Shown piece after piece: positions 12,530 through 25,134 of a stretch of 64,000 nt of DNA (the first letter of the stretch is position 1; each line of letters opens with the position of its first letter). The DNA comes from the human T2T-CHM13v2.0 reference genome, Homo sapiens. The notes under the pieces were generated by a model. The model ran no database searches, was not told the DNA's origin, and worked only from the letters and a program-made list of their open reading frames with translations. The position numbers were made by a program, and so were the translations under genes. Location of the stretch: the NCBI RefSeq assembly GCF_009914755.1, contig NC_060933.1. One strand, 5' to 3'.

Positions 12530-14203
12530 GTTATATAAATCATAAAGAATACAGAGTGAGTATCTCCTTCCAACATCCCTTATTAGAGGTGACCCCTGTT
12601 AAACATTTCATAAGGAACCTTTTAGTTCTGTTTTAAATTTAACAAAAATTATAACATTTTACATTTCCTTGTGATTTTCTTTTTAAAAAACTTAGGATGT
12701 CTAGGAGATGTTTTCTATAATAGTACATATATCATTCTTCTAAGGGACTGCATAATATTTATAGCATGTGTGTAAAAATTAATTTCAAGTTTCCTTTTTG
12801 ATTCATATCTTTGGCTATTTTCAAGGTATTTTTACCATTAAAAATAATTATTCAATTAACATTTTGGAACAAAGATTATCACGCTATATAAGAGTATTTT
12901 TATATGAGAGATTATCAGAAGTGGAACACCGGGGCAAATGTTTCATGTATTTTAATTTTTGGTCAATGGGGCTAAATTCCTCTAAATAGACTTTAAAACT
13001 CTGTACTACCATGAAAATATATCAGAGTATTCCCATGATTCTCACCAAAACAGAGTAGCATTAATTACTAAAATGTTTGCTTATCTGATGGACAAATATC
13101 TGATTGTTATTTTAATGTGCATTTTCCTCATTAATAATGAGATTTGATTTTAAAATATACTTATTAGCCAGTTATATATCTTTTACCAAGGATTTTCTGG
13201 TCATACACTTAGCACATTTTCTATTTTGTTGGATGAATTTTTTTCTCAATTAAAAAGCTATATTCTCCAAATAATTTAATAAATACTCCATCATTTCTCT
13301 ACTGATTTGAAATGTTACTTTTACATTTACTACTTCTGAATTCTCATTTTTTTCTATGTATTTACTGTAAGTATTTAAAGATTCTATTGTATTTTTATGT
13401 TAACTTTGTATCCAGACACTTAAATGAATTCTCATTTTTCAATGGATTCTCTTGGATTTTCTAAAAAGAAAATCACAAACTGTTTTATTTGCAATACTTA
13501 TACTTCTATTGTTTTATTCTTATCTTATTGCATAGATGAACATTTCCAGGAAAATATTCGATAATAGAAATAATAGTAACATCTGTGTCTTTTTCCTGCC
13601 TCCTGTAGACATGGTTTCTATATATGCTTATTGACAGGTAGTTTGCTGGTTTGTTTTTCTTTTCTTTTCTTTTTTTTTCTTTTTTTTTTTTTTGAGACAG
13701 AGTCTCCCTCTGTCGCCTAGGCTGGAGGGCAGTGGCACATCTCGGCTCACTGCAAGCTCTGCCTCCTGGGTTCACAGTATTCTCCTGCCTTAGCCTCCCG
13801 AGTAGCTGGGACTACAGGCACCTGCCACCAAGCCCAGCTAATTTTTTATATTTTTTAGTAGAGATGGGGTTTCACCGTGTTAGCAAGGATGGTCTCGATC
13901 TCCTGACCTCGCGATCCGCCCACCTCGGACTCCCAAAATGCTGGGATTACAAGCATGAGCCACCGCGCCCGGCCGGTAGTTTGCTGGTTTCTGATAGATA
14001 ACACTTACTTAGGTGAAGGACCTTTCTTTCTATTCCTAGAAAAATGTTTATTTGCTTACTATCTGAAATATATATTGATTATTATTTGATGATTTTCAGC
14101 CTTTGTTGAAATAACTGCATAGATTTTCTTCTTTAAAAGATTAATGTTGTGATTTATATGGAAAAAGAAAACTTTTGTATAATGATCTATCCCTGCAATA
14201 TTT
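12530..14203 (-). mobile_element. Ancient L1ME-type fragment (interrupted by AluY; resumes at about 18428-18640)
   Basis: Degraded antisense 3'UTR/ORF2 motifs (ttttaatgtgcattttcctcattaataatgag, gattctcttggattttcta). Confidence 0.7.
13653..13974 (-). mobile_element. AluY
   Basis: Full dimer with AluY diagnostics; perfect 16-bp TSD ggtagtttgctggttt at 13637-13652 and 13975-13990. Confidence 0.97.
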
Positions 14204-14348
14204 CCCTTTTTTAGTTTCAGATTTTTTAATTGACAAATAATCATACGTATTCAATGGGGTATATATTGATGTTTTGATATATACAATGTATAGTGATCAC
14301 ATTGGGTTAATTAGCATACATATCATCTCAAACATTTATCAATTCTTC
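14204..14348 (-). mobile_element. L1MA (MA4-8-type) extreme 3' end
   Basis: ttttaattgacaaataat...tagtgatcacattgggttaattagcatacatatcatctcaaacatttatc. Confidence 0.75.
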
Positions 14349-14364
14349 AAAGAAAAATTTTTCT

Positions 14365-17300
14365 TTACAAAAACAATTTCAACTTTTATTTTCGATTCAG
14401 GGGATAAAAGTTCTGGTGTGTTCCATGGGTATATTGTGTGACGCTGAGGTTTGGGGTACAGGTGATCCCGTCACCCAGGTAGTGAGCATGATACCCGATA
14501 GATAGTTTTTCAGCCCATACTTCCTTCCCTCCCTCCCCCTAGTAGTTCCCAGTGTCTATTGTTCCCATCTTTATGTCCATGTGTACGAATGTTTAGCTCC
14601 CTCTTATAAGTGAGAACATGCGGTGTTCGGTTTTATGTTTCTGCATTAATTTGCCTTGGATAATGGCCTCCAGCTGCATCCATGTTGCAGCAAAGGACAT
14701 GATTTCATTCTTTTTTGTGGCTGCATATTATTCTCATGGTGTATATGTATCACACTTTTAAATCAAATTCATCATTGATGGGTACCAAGGTTGTGATTTG
14801 CATTTCTCTGATGATTAGTGATGATGAGCATTCTTTCATCTGTCTGTTGGCTGCTTGTATGTCTTCTTTTGAGAAGTGTCCAGGTCATTAGCCAAATTTT
14901 TAATGGGGTTATATGATATTTGCTTGCTGATTTGTTAAAATTCCTTATAGATGCTAGACATTAGACCTTTGTCAGATGCATAGTTTGCAAATATTTTCTC
15001 CCGTTTTTTAGGTTGTCTGTTTCCTCTGTCGATAGTTTCTTTTGCTGTGCAGAAGCTCCTTCGTTTAATTAGGTCCCACTGGTTGATTTTTTATTTTGTT
15101 GCAATTGTTTTTGGGGACTTAGCCATAAAGCCTTTCCCAAGGCCAGTGTCCAAAATGGTGTTTCCTACATTTGCTTCCAGGATTCCTATAGTTTGAGGTC
15201 TTACATTTAAATCTTTAATCTGTCTTGAGTTAATTTTTGTATATGGTAAAAGTCAAAGTCCAATTTCATTCTTCTGCATATAGCTAGCCAGCTATCCAAG
15301 CATCATTTACTGAATAGGAGTCTCTTTCTCCATTGTTTGTTATCGTCGACTTTGTTGAAGATCATTTCTGGATTCTCTAATCTGTTCCATTGGTCTGTGT
15401 GTTTGTTTTTGTACCAATACCATGCTGTTTTGGCTACTGTAGCCTTACAGTATAGTTTGAAGTCAGGTAATGTGATGGCTCCAGCTTTGTTCTGTTTGCT
15501 TAGGATTGCTTTGACTATGTGGCCTTTTTTTTCATTCCATATAAATCTTAGAATATATTTTTTTCTAAATCTGTGAAAAATGAGATTTGTTTTGCAGGTT
15601 TTTTTGTTTTTTTTGTTGTTGTGTGTTTGTTCGTTTGAGACAGGGTCTCACTCTGTTGCCCAAGTTGGAGTGCAGTGGCTTGGTAATAACTCATTGCAGC
15701 CTCATCCTTCTGGATTGAAGCAACCCTCCCGCCTCAGCCTCCTAAGTAGCGAGAATTACAAGCATGTGCTACCATGCCCAGCTAGTTTTTGTATTTTTTG
15801 TAGAGACAGGGCCTCCCTATGTTGCTTGAGCTGGTCTCAAACTCCTGGGCTCAAGCGGCCCTCCTGCCTCAGCCTCTCAAAATGTTGGGATTACAGGTGT
15901 GAGCTTCCGTGTCCTGGGTTTTCTAAGTATAGGATCATATCATCAGTGAAGAGAGATAGCTTGACTTCTTCTTTTCCTGCATGCATATCTTCTATTTAGT
16001 TCTCTTGCCTTATTGCTCTGGGTGAATTCTAGTAATACGTTGAATAGGAGTGGTGAGAGTGGATATCCTTGTCTTTTTACAGATCTCAAGGGCAGTGTTT
16101 CCAGTTTTGGCCCATTCAGTATGATGTTGACTGTGGGTTTGTCATAAATGGCTTATTACCTTGAGGTATGCTCCTTTGATGCCTAGTCTGTTGATGGTTT
16201 TTATTATGAAGTGATGCTGGATGTTATCAAGGCTTTTTCTTCATCTATTAAGATGTTCATATGGTTTTCATTTTTAATTGTTTGTAAGGTGAATCACATT
16301 TATTGATTTGCATATGTTGAACCAAACTTGCATCCCAGGAATAAAACTTACTTGATTGTGGTGGATTATCTTTCTGATGTGCTGCTCAATTTGGTTTGCT
16401 AGTATTTTGTTTAGGATTTTACATCTATGTTCATCAGGGATATTGGCCTGAAGTTTTCATTTTTAATTGTGTCTTTGCCAGGTTTGGGTACCAGGGTGCT
16501 GCTGATTTAATAGAATGAGTGAGACAGGAGCCTGTCCTTCTCAATTTTTTGGAATAGTTTCAGTAGGGTCGGTAATATCTCATTTTTGTATGTCTGATAG
16601 AATTCAGCTGTGAATCCATTTTGTTCAGGGCATTTTTTTTTGGTTGGTAAGTTTTTTATTATATTAAATTTTGAAACTTTGTATTGGTCAGTTCAGGCTT
16701 TCATTTTCTTCCTAGTTCAATCTTAGGAGGTTGTGTGTTTCCAGGAATTTATCCATTTCCTCTAGATACTCTAATTTGTATGCACAAAGGTGTCCATAAT
16801 AGTCTCTGAAGATGTTTTGTGTTTCTGTGGAATTGGTTGTAGTTTCATTTTTGTCATTTCTGATTGTGCTTATTTGGTTCTTCTCTTTTTTTCCTTTGTT
16901 AATCTAGCTTATGGTCTATCAATCTTGTTTATTCTTTTGAAGACTCATATCTGGGGTTCATTGATCTTTTGTATGGATATTTGCATCTCAGTTTTGTTCA
17001 GTTCTTCTCTGGTTTTAATTATTTCTTTTCTTTTGCTAGCTCTGGGATTGGTTTATTCTTTATGTTCTAATTCCCCCAGGTAGAATATTACATTCTTAAT
17101 TTGATATCTTTTTAACTTTTTGAGGTGGGCATTTAGCACTATAAACTTCCCTCTTAGCATTCCTTTAGCTATATCCCAAAGATGGTGGTAAGTTGTTCCT
17201 CTATAGTCACTAATTTCAAAGAATTTTTAAATTTCAACCTTAATTTTATTGTTCACCAGAGAGTTATTCAGGAGCAAGTTGTTTAATTTCCACACATTTG

Positions 17301-18418
17301 AATAATTTTGAGATATCTTGTTGGTATCGATCTCTATTTTTATTGTACTGTAGTCCAAGAGTGTGCTTGGTATGATTTTGATTTTTTACTCCCTCAGCAG
17401 GTCCACTCTTGGGCCTTGAGGGAGCCCCCTCCTATCACTGGCACTGTGCCAGCATTTCCTTTGTTAGCTGTTCCAGATCTTGGGGCTCCTTTGGACAGAC
17501 ACTGCAGCTGGCAGACAGGCCACTCTCAGACTGGCCCTGCAGAAGGAGGCATGCCCGGCTACAGCATCTGTCCATGAGCCTGTGATCTCATTCCTCTGTT
17601 TTCTGAGAGTGGGGGTTCCTCCCCAACTAGAGCACTGGCTACCTCTGCTTGACACTCTGGTGCTGCACACTTTAGCCCTGGGACATTGGGACTGGACTGC
17701 AACTCCATCCTCCAGCCCCTGGGCTTTGGCACTGGCTGCTCTGGGGGATCTAAAGTGCTCCCAGACCACCAGCAAAGCACTCGCCCTGGGCAGCAGAGGC
17801 TGCGCTATGCACAGGCTCCTGCAGGAGGATCCAAAAGGGGACTTGGGAGGGGCTGTCAGGCAGGAGGGCCTGTAGAACAGACAGGGCCTATTCCCTTGGG
17901 AAAGTTGGCCCTGCTGTCTCTTGGCCCTGCAGTCAGCTGAAGTTAGAGCAACTCAGAGCAACATAGGGAGCCTTGGGGACTGAACCCCTTTTGCTGCATC
18001 CTACTGTATCTGCCCTGTGCACAAAACCCCCCTGGTTTCCGCACAGCCCTGGGTTCTGTCTCCTCCTACTCTCTGGGCATATCCTCCTGTCAGTTCACAC
18101 GTTTGGGGGCTGGGGGGAGGGGCTGTAATCTCTTGTGGGCAGGATCCCAGAGGTCCTTGGTAAATGTGGGCTGCCCCACTGTCCCTTCACTCACCTCCTA
18201 GGAGCCATTCGGTGTGGGCACTAGCCCTTGTATCTGGCAACACTGCACAGGGTTCCCAGCTTCCTGTCTCTTCAGCCTCAGTGTCCGCATTGCCTCTCTA
18301 TTGACTCTCAGTATTTACTCTCCAAAGATCTATTCAAAATCTATTGGTTCACTTGGTATTTTTATCTCTCTTGGTGGGAGCAGCCTTTCTCCTGGCTGCA
18401 TCTCGTCTGCTATCTTGT
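14365..18418 (-). mobile_element. L1PA15/16-like LINE-1 with internal deletions (no ORF1)
   Basis: PA15/16-type 3'UTR (atttcaacttttatttt...gctgaggtttgggg); ORF2 to about 17387 joined directly to a 5'UTR ending in gtctgctatcttg. Confidence 0.85.
15586..15917 (-). mobile_element. AluJ
   Basis: AluJ diagnostics (gagacagggtctcactctg, ctcctgggctcaagc), degenerate tail, no TSD. Confidence 0.92.
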
Positions 18419-18739
18419 TTCCCTGTACTGCGATTTTTTGAAGACTTCTGACTTGATCATGATTTATTATTCTTTTATTATAATGTTACATTTAATTTGC
18501 TAATATTTAAAGTTTTTGAATCTGTTTCTAATTAAGAGTTACCTATAGCTTGTTTGTGTGTGTGTGAGTGTGTGCAAATATCTTTTTATTTTTGGTATCA
18601 GGGCAGTGCTAACATCATACATGTATTTGTGAAAATGTTCATCTTGTCTCATGCCTCTAATTGGTGTTTCACAAACTGGCTGATTATAACCATACTTTTT
18701 GCACTTTTTAACAATATAAATTCCCTGTCATTCTCTTGA

Positions 18740-18832
18740 ATATTCCAATTCAGTGAATCCAAGGTAATACCCGGGAATGTGCATTTCAACAGATCTCTAA
18801 AGATTCTTATCAGTTGGCAAATTTGGAAAACA
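18740..18832. mobile_element. MER5-type hAT-Charlie fragment
   Basis: ttccaattcagt...gggaatgtgcatttcaacag...gattcttat...tttggaaaaca. Confidence 0.55.
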
Positions 18833-18944
18833 TGATTTTGGAAATCTTTAAACAACTTGCATTTATATATCTTGAATTTGGGGCAGTTTATATCTGTAAT
18901 TTGGCTGGAATTTATATTAAACATTGTGGATTAAAATTGATATT

Positions 18945-20775
18945 TAGATCTACTCTCTTCTCAAACTCTAGTAATATAACTATACTGAAAAAGGTTTAGG
19001 GTAGCAACCCATAGGACAAGGAGAAAGGAAAAGAAGACATGTTAACACAGTTTCATAGCTATAAAGCAGGATAATGTGTGAGTGATAACGGACTTATCCG
19101 TTTTAGGAAAACTAAATCCTAAAGCACCAGCAGGGAAGGCAGAGAAGCTATTGTATCACAGAAATTTCCAAAGGCTAAGAAATAAGCAACAAATTGGCTG
19201 TGAAAACAGGAGACAGATATGGCGTCAACAAAAAAGACTGATTAAAAGTCTGTTTAAGAAGTAATTATTCCTCGGGCCTCTTCCCCAGTTTTGAGCAATC
19301 AGGCAACTTCCTTCCCATCCACACAGAAGATGGAAATTTTATTCCCTGGAATAGTGAAACAAAGGTCTTTGGACAAGAAGAATCAGCAAAGTTGATGATG
19401 AGAGTGCCATACTAAAACCAGGAAGATTACATAGACTTTGCATAACAAATGTTAAGAAATATATTAAAATATGAAGCCATTTTGCATACTTGGTTCCCAG
19501 TGACTCTCCAGGATATATATTGGAAGTATCAGTTAGAGAGATCTGACTGGCCTAAATAAAATACCTAGATTATAAACTTCAGAAGTTCTCTTCCTACAAA
19601 ATAGCACAGCGAGATCATCATGTGGTGAAGACCACAGTCAGTGAAACTTTTACATGCAGAAATCTTTTTAATGCGCTACTTTTAAATATGAGTCGACAGC
19701 CAACAATTACCACACAATGTTAGGAAAACTTCTTTTTTTTAAATTTTATTTTATTTTATTATTATTATACTTTAAGTTTTAGGGTACATGTGCACAACGT
19801 GCAGGTTTGTTACATATGTATATATGTGCCATGTTGGTGTGCTGCACCCATTAACTCGTCATTTAGCATTAGGTATATCTCCTAATGCTATCCCTCCCCA
19901 CTCCCCCCACCCCACAACAGTCCCCGGTGTGTGATGTTCCCCTTCCTGTGTCCATGTGTTCTCATTGTTCAATTCCCACCTATGAGTGAGAACATGTGGT
20001 GTTTGGTTTTTTGTCTTTGTGATAGTTTGCTGAGAATGATGGTTTCCAGCTTCATCCATGTCCCTACAAAGGACATGAACTCATCATTTTTTGTGGCTGC
20101 ATAGTATTCCATGGTGTATATGTACCACATTTTCTTAATCCAGTCTATCATTGTTGGACATTTGGGTTGACCCAGCCATCCCATTACTGGGTATATACCC
20201 AAAGGAAAACTTCTAATGTAAACAGAACAAGCCAAACAAACAAAGAGAAAAAAAATGAAAACGGAGACTATGCAGGGAGAAAAAAAATGTAGAAAAGACA
20301 CAAAACAAATGAATCAATTACTAATAATCTTAAAAAGAGAAAATAATACCAACATCTGAAAAAGAATAAGTTGCAATAAAAATACCACACCCAAAAATAT
20401 GAAAAGAAGTTCTTGGAAATTAAAAATACAATACATAAATGAAAATTAAAATAGAAAAGTTAGAAGTTAAAATAAGAAAATTCTCCCAGAAACTAAATTT
20501 TAACTAGAATTAAAAGACAAGAGATGGACAATTGGAAAAACTCTAGATCAAACTTCTGTATTAAGAAATTACAGGAAGAAAGAACAGAAAAGAAGAAGGG
20601 TAATAAATAAAATAAATAATTTAAGAAAATTTAATTTAAAAAAGGAATAATTTTCCATATTGGCAATTAAGGATCCATGACATAGAATAAACATATATTC
20701 ATATCAAACCACAACAATATAAACTTTGACAACAATGAAGATGAAGAAAGTATCTTACAAGTTGAGAGAAAGAAG
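18945..20775 (+). mobile_element. Ancient HAL1/L1M ORF1-like region, interrupted by a young L1
   Basis: A-rich degraded ORF1-like text (agaagttcttggaaattaaaaata...ttagaagttaaaataagaaaattctcccagaa). Confidence 0.55.
19734..20202 (-). mobile_element. 5'-truncated L1PA3-like insertion with a short 5' inversion
   Basis: Young 3'UTR (ttttagggtac, acagtccccggtgtg); 12-bp TSD aggaaaacttct at 19722-19733 and 20203-20214. Confidence 0.95.
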
Positions 20776-20789
20776 AATTAATTATTTTT

Positions 20790-20938
20790 TGTTTGTTTCC
20801 CCCACCAGACTATAAACTCCACATGGTCAGGGATTTTCTCTGCCTTATTTATTTCTGTATCTTCAGAAATGATGTTGTGCTAAACTGCAATAAGGGTTCA
20901 ATAAATATTTGATAAGTAGATGAATGCATTAATGAATA
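20790..20938 (+). mobile_element. L2 3' end
   Basis: agactataaactccacatggtcaggga...tcaataaatatttga...gatgaatg. Confidence 0.75.
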
Positions 20939-21134
20939 GAGAAATTAGGCTTACAATGAGCATTTTTCTCATCTTATTATGAAGTTGAACAAAGTTTAAA
21001 GTATTTTAAAAAGGAAAATGAAGTATAAGTGGATGCTGGTTTTACCTACCCTTAAAACCTGGTTCCAGAATTTTACTGTAGAATGGCTCTATTCTTAGGC
21101 TGAGAGAACACAGATGCAGAAAATCTCTAATTGA

Positions 21135-21260
21135 AAGCATCACAGATCTTCTTTAGTTCAACCTCACTCCCACGGATAAAGCCCTTCTATAATGTTATTG
21201 ACAAATAATCACTTGGGCCAGGTGTAACTGCTTCCAGTGACAGGAACCTCACTACTAGCT
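21135..21260 (-). mobile_element. L3/CR1 3' fragment
   Basis: ttccagtgacaggaacctcactac is the antisense of the L3 motif gtagtgag..cc.gtcactggag. Confidence 0.55.
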
Positions 21261-21733
21261 GGTTTTGCTAGAGAAGCTGTGCTCATTTCTATACCTCTCT
21301 AAAGGACCAGAGCTGTGTGTGACTCCAGTGTAAACTGACAATAAAAGAGACAAATTAGCATAACTGACTGTTTCGGTTATGAAGATTAAATAGCCTTTTA
21401 TTGCGGATGTTTGCCAAGGAAAATGCTCCCCAGTGGAGGACTCTAAGCAGTTAAGATAGATTTGATGAGGGTCTTAATTGCTGTTATGCAACTGGTAATG
21501 GAAAGTTTTTATTAAATGTCATGCAAGAGTCAATCGATAGTTTAGAAGAGAAAAGCTTCTCTCTAATATAGACCTCAGGCTTTTCCAACAGTATTTTATC
21601 AGCAGGGGCAATTTCATCAGCAACCACAAATATTTATCACGTAACCAGTATGCATGTGGCGATATCATAAATGTGTCAAGGACTGATGGGAATTAGAAAA
21701 AAAAAGCCGATGCTGCAGAGGATCTATGATTTT

Positions 21734-22013
<280 letters not shown>

Positions 22014-22245
22014 TGATTTTTAAGCGAGCAAATAACTACTGTAGAAACTAAAATAAAAATAGATGCTTACACTTATATACACATATGTGTGCATTCTACT
22101 TAAAATTCAATAGATAACATCGAGAAGCAGAAAAAGAGATGTATTAAAATTGAACAGGTACAAAAATACCATTTTTTTCAAAATTATTTATCAAAAGGAT
22201 TTTTATCTATTTACGTGTTCTTGATTTTTTGTTTGCTTTTGTTTT

Positions 22246-22418
22246 TAGTAGTACAATGGAAAAATATTTGGCTAGAATGCAGAATACAGGGTTCTAGTCT
22301 GCCACTTACTACGTGTACCTGGGGTACTTTCTTAATTTTCTGGGTCTCAATGTTCATCTATAAAATGGGGCTTTGGATAAAATTCTGAAGACATTTGCTA
22401 GCTTCAAGATTCATTGAT
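22246..22418 (+). mobile_element. MIR/MIR3
   Basis: Core gggttctagtctgccacttact...tctcaatgttcatctataaaatggg. Confidence 0.7.
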
Positions 22419-22466
22419 TTTTATTAAGGAGTAAGCAACCACAGAGTATGCATACAATAATTCATC

Positions 22467-22770
22467 CTTTTTTTGTTTGTTTGTTTGAGATGGAGTTTCG
22501 ATATTTTTGCCCAGGCTGGAGTGCAATGGCACGATCTCAGCTCACTGCAATTCCACCTCCCAGGTTCAAGCGATTCTCCTGCCTCAGCCTCCGCAGTAGG
22601 TGGGATTACAGGCACCTGCCACCACACCCACCCAGCTAATTTTTTCTATTTTTAGTAGAGACGAGGTTTCACCGTGTTGGCCAGGATGGTCTCGATTCTT
22701 GACCTCGTGATCCACCTGCATCGGCCTCCCAAAGTGCTGGGATTATAGGCGTGAGCCACCATGCCTGACC
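22467..22770 (-). mobile_element. AluS
   Basis: Full dimer; 12-bp TSD caataattcatc at 22455-22466 and 22771-22782. Confidence 0.96.
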
Positions 22771-23189
22771 CAATAATTCATCTTATAAAATTATTTCATA
22801 CAACTTTTAAAACTTCATTCATTGCACAAAGTACATGCATACTAATATAAGAATCAAATGTCCCATAAAATGTATGTATTTTAAAACTAGAGTAGAAACT
22901 TGCTCAGCCAATCGTATTTGGTATTCCCCAGATCCCCAAACTTGCAAAATTATCTAGAACAATTTTTGTCAAATTTAGCATACTGTCAGCTTGTCTCTCC
23001 CTATTGGTGTCACACTCCCCTAGCTGCTCCATGAGCCTATGCTAATAAGTGAAAAGCGTGTTGCTTTATAAAAACAACTGATCCCTCCTGAAATGGGTGT
23101 TTCAGGAAGAATCATTCTGTAGTTTTGTGATCTATCAAGACTGAATCAGCAACTTGTCTTCTGAAAAGTAGTGGCTGAAATTAGAGGTT

Positions 23190-23290
23190 GTTGGATTTGG
23201 AGTGAGAAGACCTGCGTTCAAGTCCTGACCCTACCATTCTTGAGTAGTGTGACACTGGGAAACGCCTATGTCTCTGAGTCTGTTTGCACA
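23190..23290 (+). mobile_element. MIR fragment
   Basis: ttggagtgagaagacctgcgttcaagtcctg...gtgtgacactggg. Confidence 0.7.
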
Positions 23291-24005
23291 AATTAAAGTG
23301 CATGATTGAAATGGGTGCATTATTGGTGTTATGGAACCTGCATTATTGAAAATGAGATAATATACATATTCCCATACTGCAAGTAATCACACACTTCTAG
23401 GTTATTGCTTTTATAATTCTAAGCAGGCATTTCAGGTTTTTTTCCAGATTCAAAAGAGTATCTTTGAGTTCCTACTCCAAGCCAGGCATTATACTAGGCA
23501 ATTTCACTAGAAAGCAGTATTGAATTTTGCATCCAGATTAAAAAGTGAATTAATGTAGTGAGGATTTGGAGAGAGTGAACATAATGGTTAGTGAGTTACT
23601 GCTTTTGAGGAGGGAGCTGCTGTAGCTTCCAACTTTAAGTATTTGCCCACAGACAGCAACTTTGGAAATGGAAGAGAAACATTGTGCAGGGAATGATTGG
23701 CTGCTTAATTGCTAGGAGTAAAATAAAGGGTCACTGCATTTTTAACCCATTCTCTTTAGTCCTCAATATCTGGGGTGTACCTGAAGGCCATCTACCAGCA
23801 GCTATATTTATAAAGGTTAGAGAGCAGTGTTAGAGCCATTTTCAATGAAAAGGACATTAAAATCAACAGTAAATATATAAGGTAAGTGGAGGAAAGCCCG
23901 CTGTGTGCTTCTGGACCAATAATTTAACACATGCTATTTGTTTCACCTTTTAAATTTAGGAACACGACAATTCTTGTCTGAAAGGTGAAATATAAATGAA
24001 AGGGA

Positions 24006-24220
24006 ACTTATGGATTTGCCTACTATGTACCAGGCACTTTATCGAAAACAATGCAATTTACATAGAGTATTTCATTTTGTCTGCTCAGCAAACCTTTAAA
24101 AGTATCTTATTACTAATTCTTCATTTTACAGGTGAAGGAACTAAGGCTTAAGAGTATTAAGTCATGCAGCTAGCAATAGTGGGATTTAAATCTAACTCTC
24201 TATTTATAATCTCAAACCCA
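24006..24220 (-). mobile_element. MIR
   Basis: gcctactatgtaccaggcact...cattttacaggtgaaggaactaaggctt. Confidence 0.8.
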
Positions 24221-24450
24221 AAATTATTCCTGGGAATGCTTTCAGGTTCCCAGTGGGATGACTCTTCATCTATGAACTCACTATCATTTTGGTTCTACTT
24301 TACAAGTAAATAAGGAATTGCCTAGTTGGCCCATTGGAGGGACTCAAATGTCTTCATTTTGAGAATACTGCTGCCTGAAAGTGTACATTTAGAGTTACTG
24401 TGGAATTTGGCTTAAAACTGGTTTCCTTTGTTTAAAAAATTTTCCTGTAC

Positions 24451-25097
24451 GAATGCTTTTACACTGTTGGTGGGAGTGCAAATTAGTTCAACCATTGTGG
24501 AAGACAGTGTGACAATTCCTCTAGGATCTAGAGCCAGAAATACCATTTGAAGCAGCAGTCCCATCACTGGGTATGTACCCAAAGGAATGTAAATAATTCT
24601 ATTATAAAAAGATACATGCACATGTATGTTTATTGCAACACTATTTACAATAGCAAAGACACCGAACCAACCCAATGCCCGTCAATGATAGACTGGATAA
24701 AGAAAATGTGGTACATATACACCATGGAATACCATGCAGCCATAAAAAAGGAATGAGATTATGTCCTTTGCAGGGACATGGATGAATCTGGAAGCCATCA
24801 TCCTCAGGAAACTAACACAGGAACAGAAAGCCAAACACCGTATGTTCTCACTCATAAGTGGGAGCTGAACAATGAGAATGCATGGACAGAAGGAGGGGAA
24901 CAACACACACTGGGGCCTGTCAGTGGGGGCGAGGGGAGGGAGAGCATCAGGACAAATAGCGAATGCATGCCGGGCTTAATACCTAGGTGATGGGTTGATA
25001 GGTGCAGAAAACCAGCATGGCACACATTTACCTATGTAACAAACCTGCACGTTCTGCACATGTATACCAGAACTTAGAGTAATATTTTTAAAAAAAA
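24451..25097 (+). mobile_element. 5'-truncated L1PA10/11-like 3' end
   Basis: ORF2 C-terminus ([19 protein letters not shown]) plus 3'UTR (gagcatcagga...atacctaggtgatgggttgatagg) and short A tail. Confidence 0.9.
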
Positions 25098-25134
25098 TTC
25101 CTAAGAAGGACCAAGAATCTGTTAACCTCAGGAT

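Noticed and set aside
4413-14348. Idea that the L1MA terminal fragment at 14204-14348 is the displaced missing end of the L1MA at 4413
   Set aside because: Breakpoints are roughly complementary, but the diagnostic sequence differs (gagtatttattatttctatg vs caaacatttatcaattcttc), indicating different subfamilies
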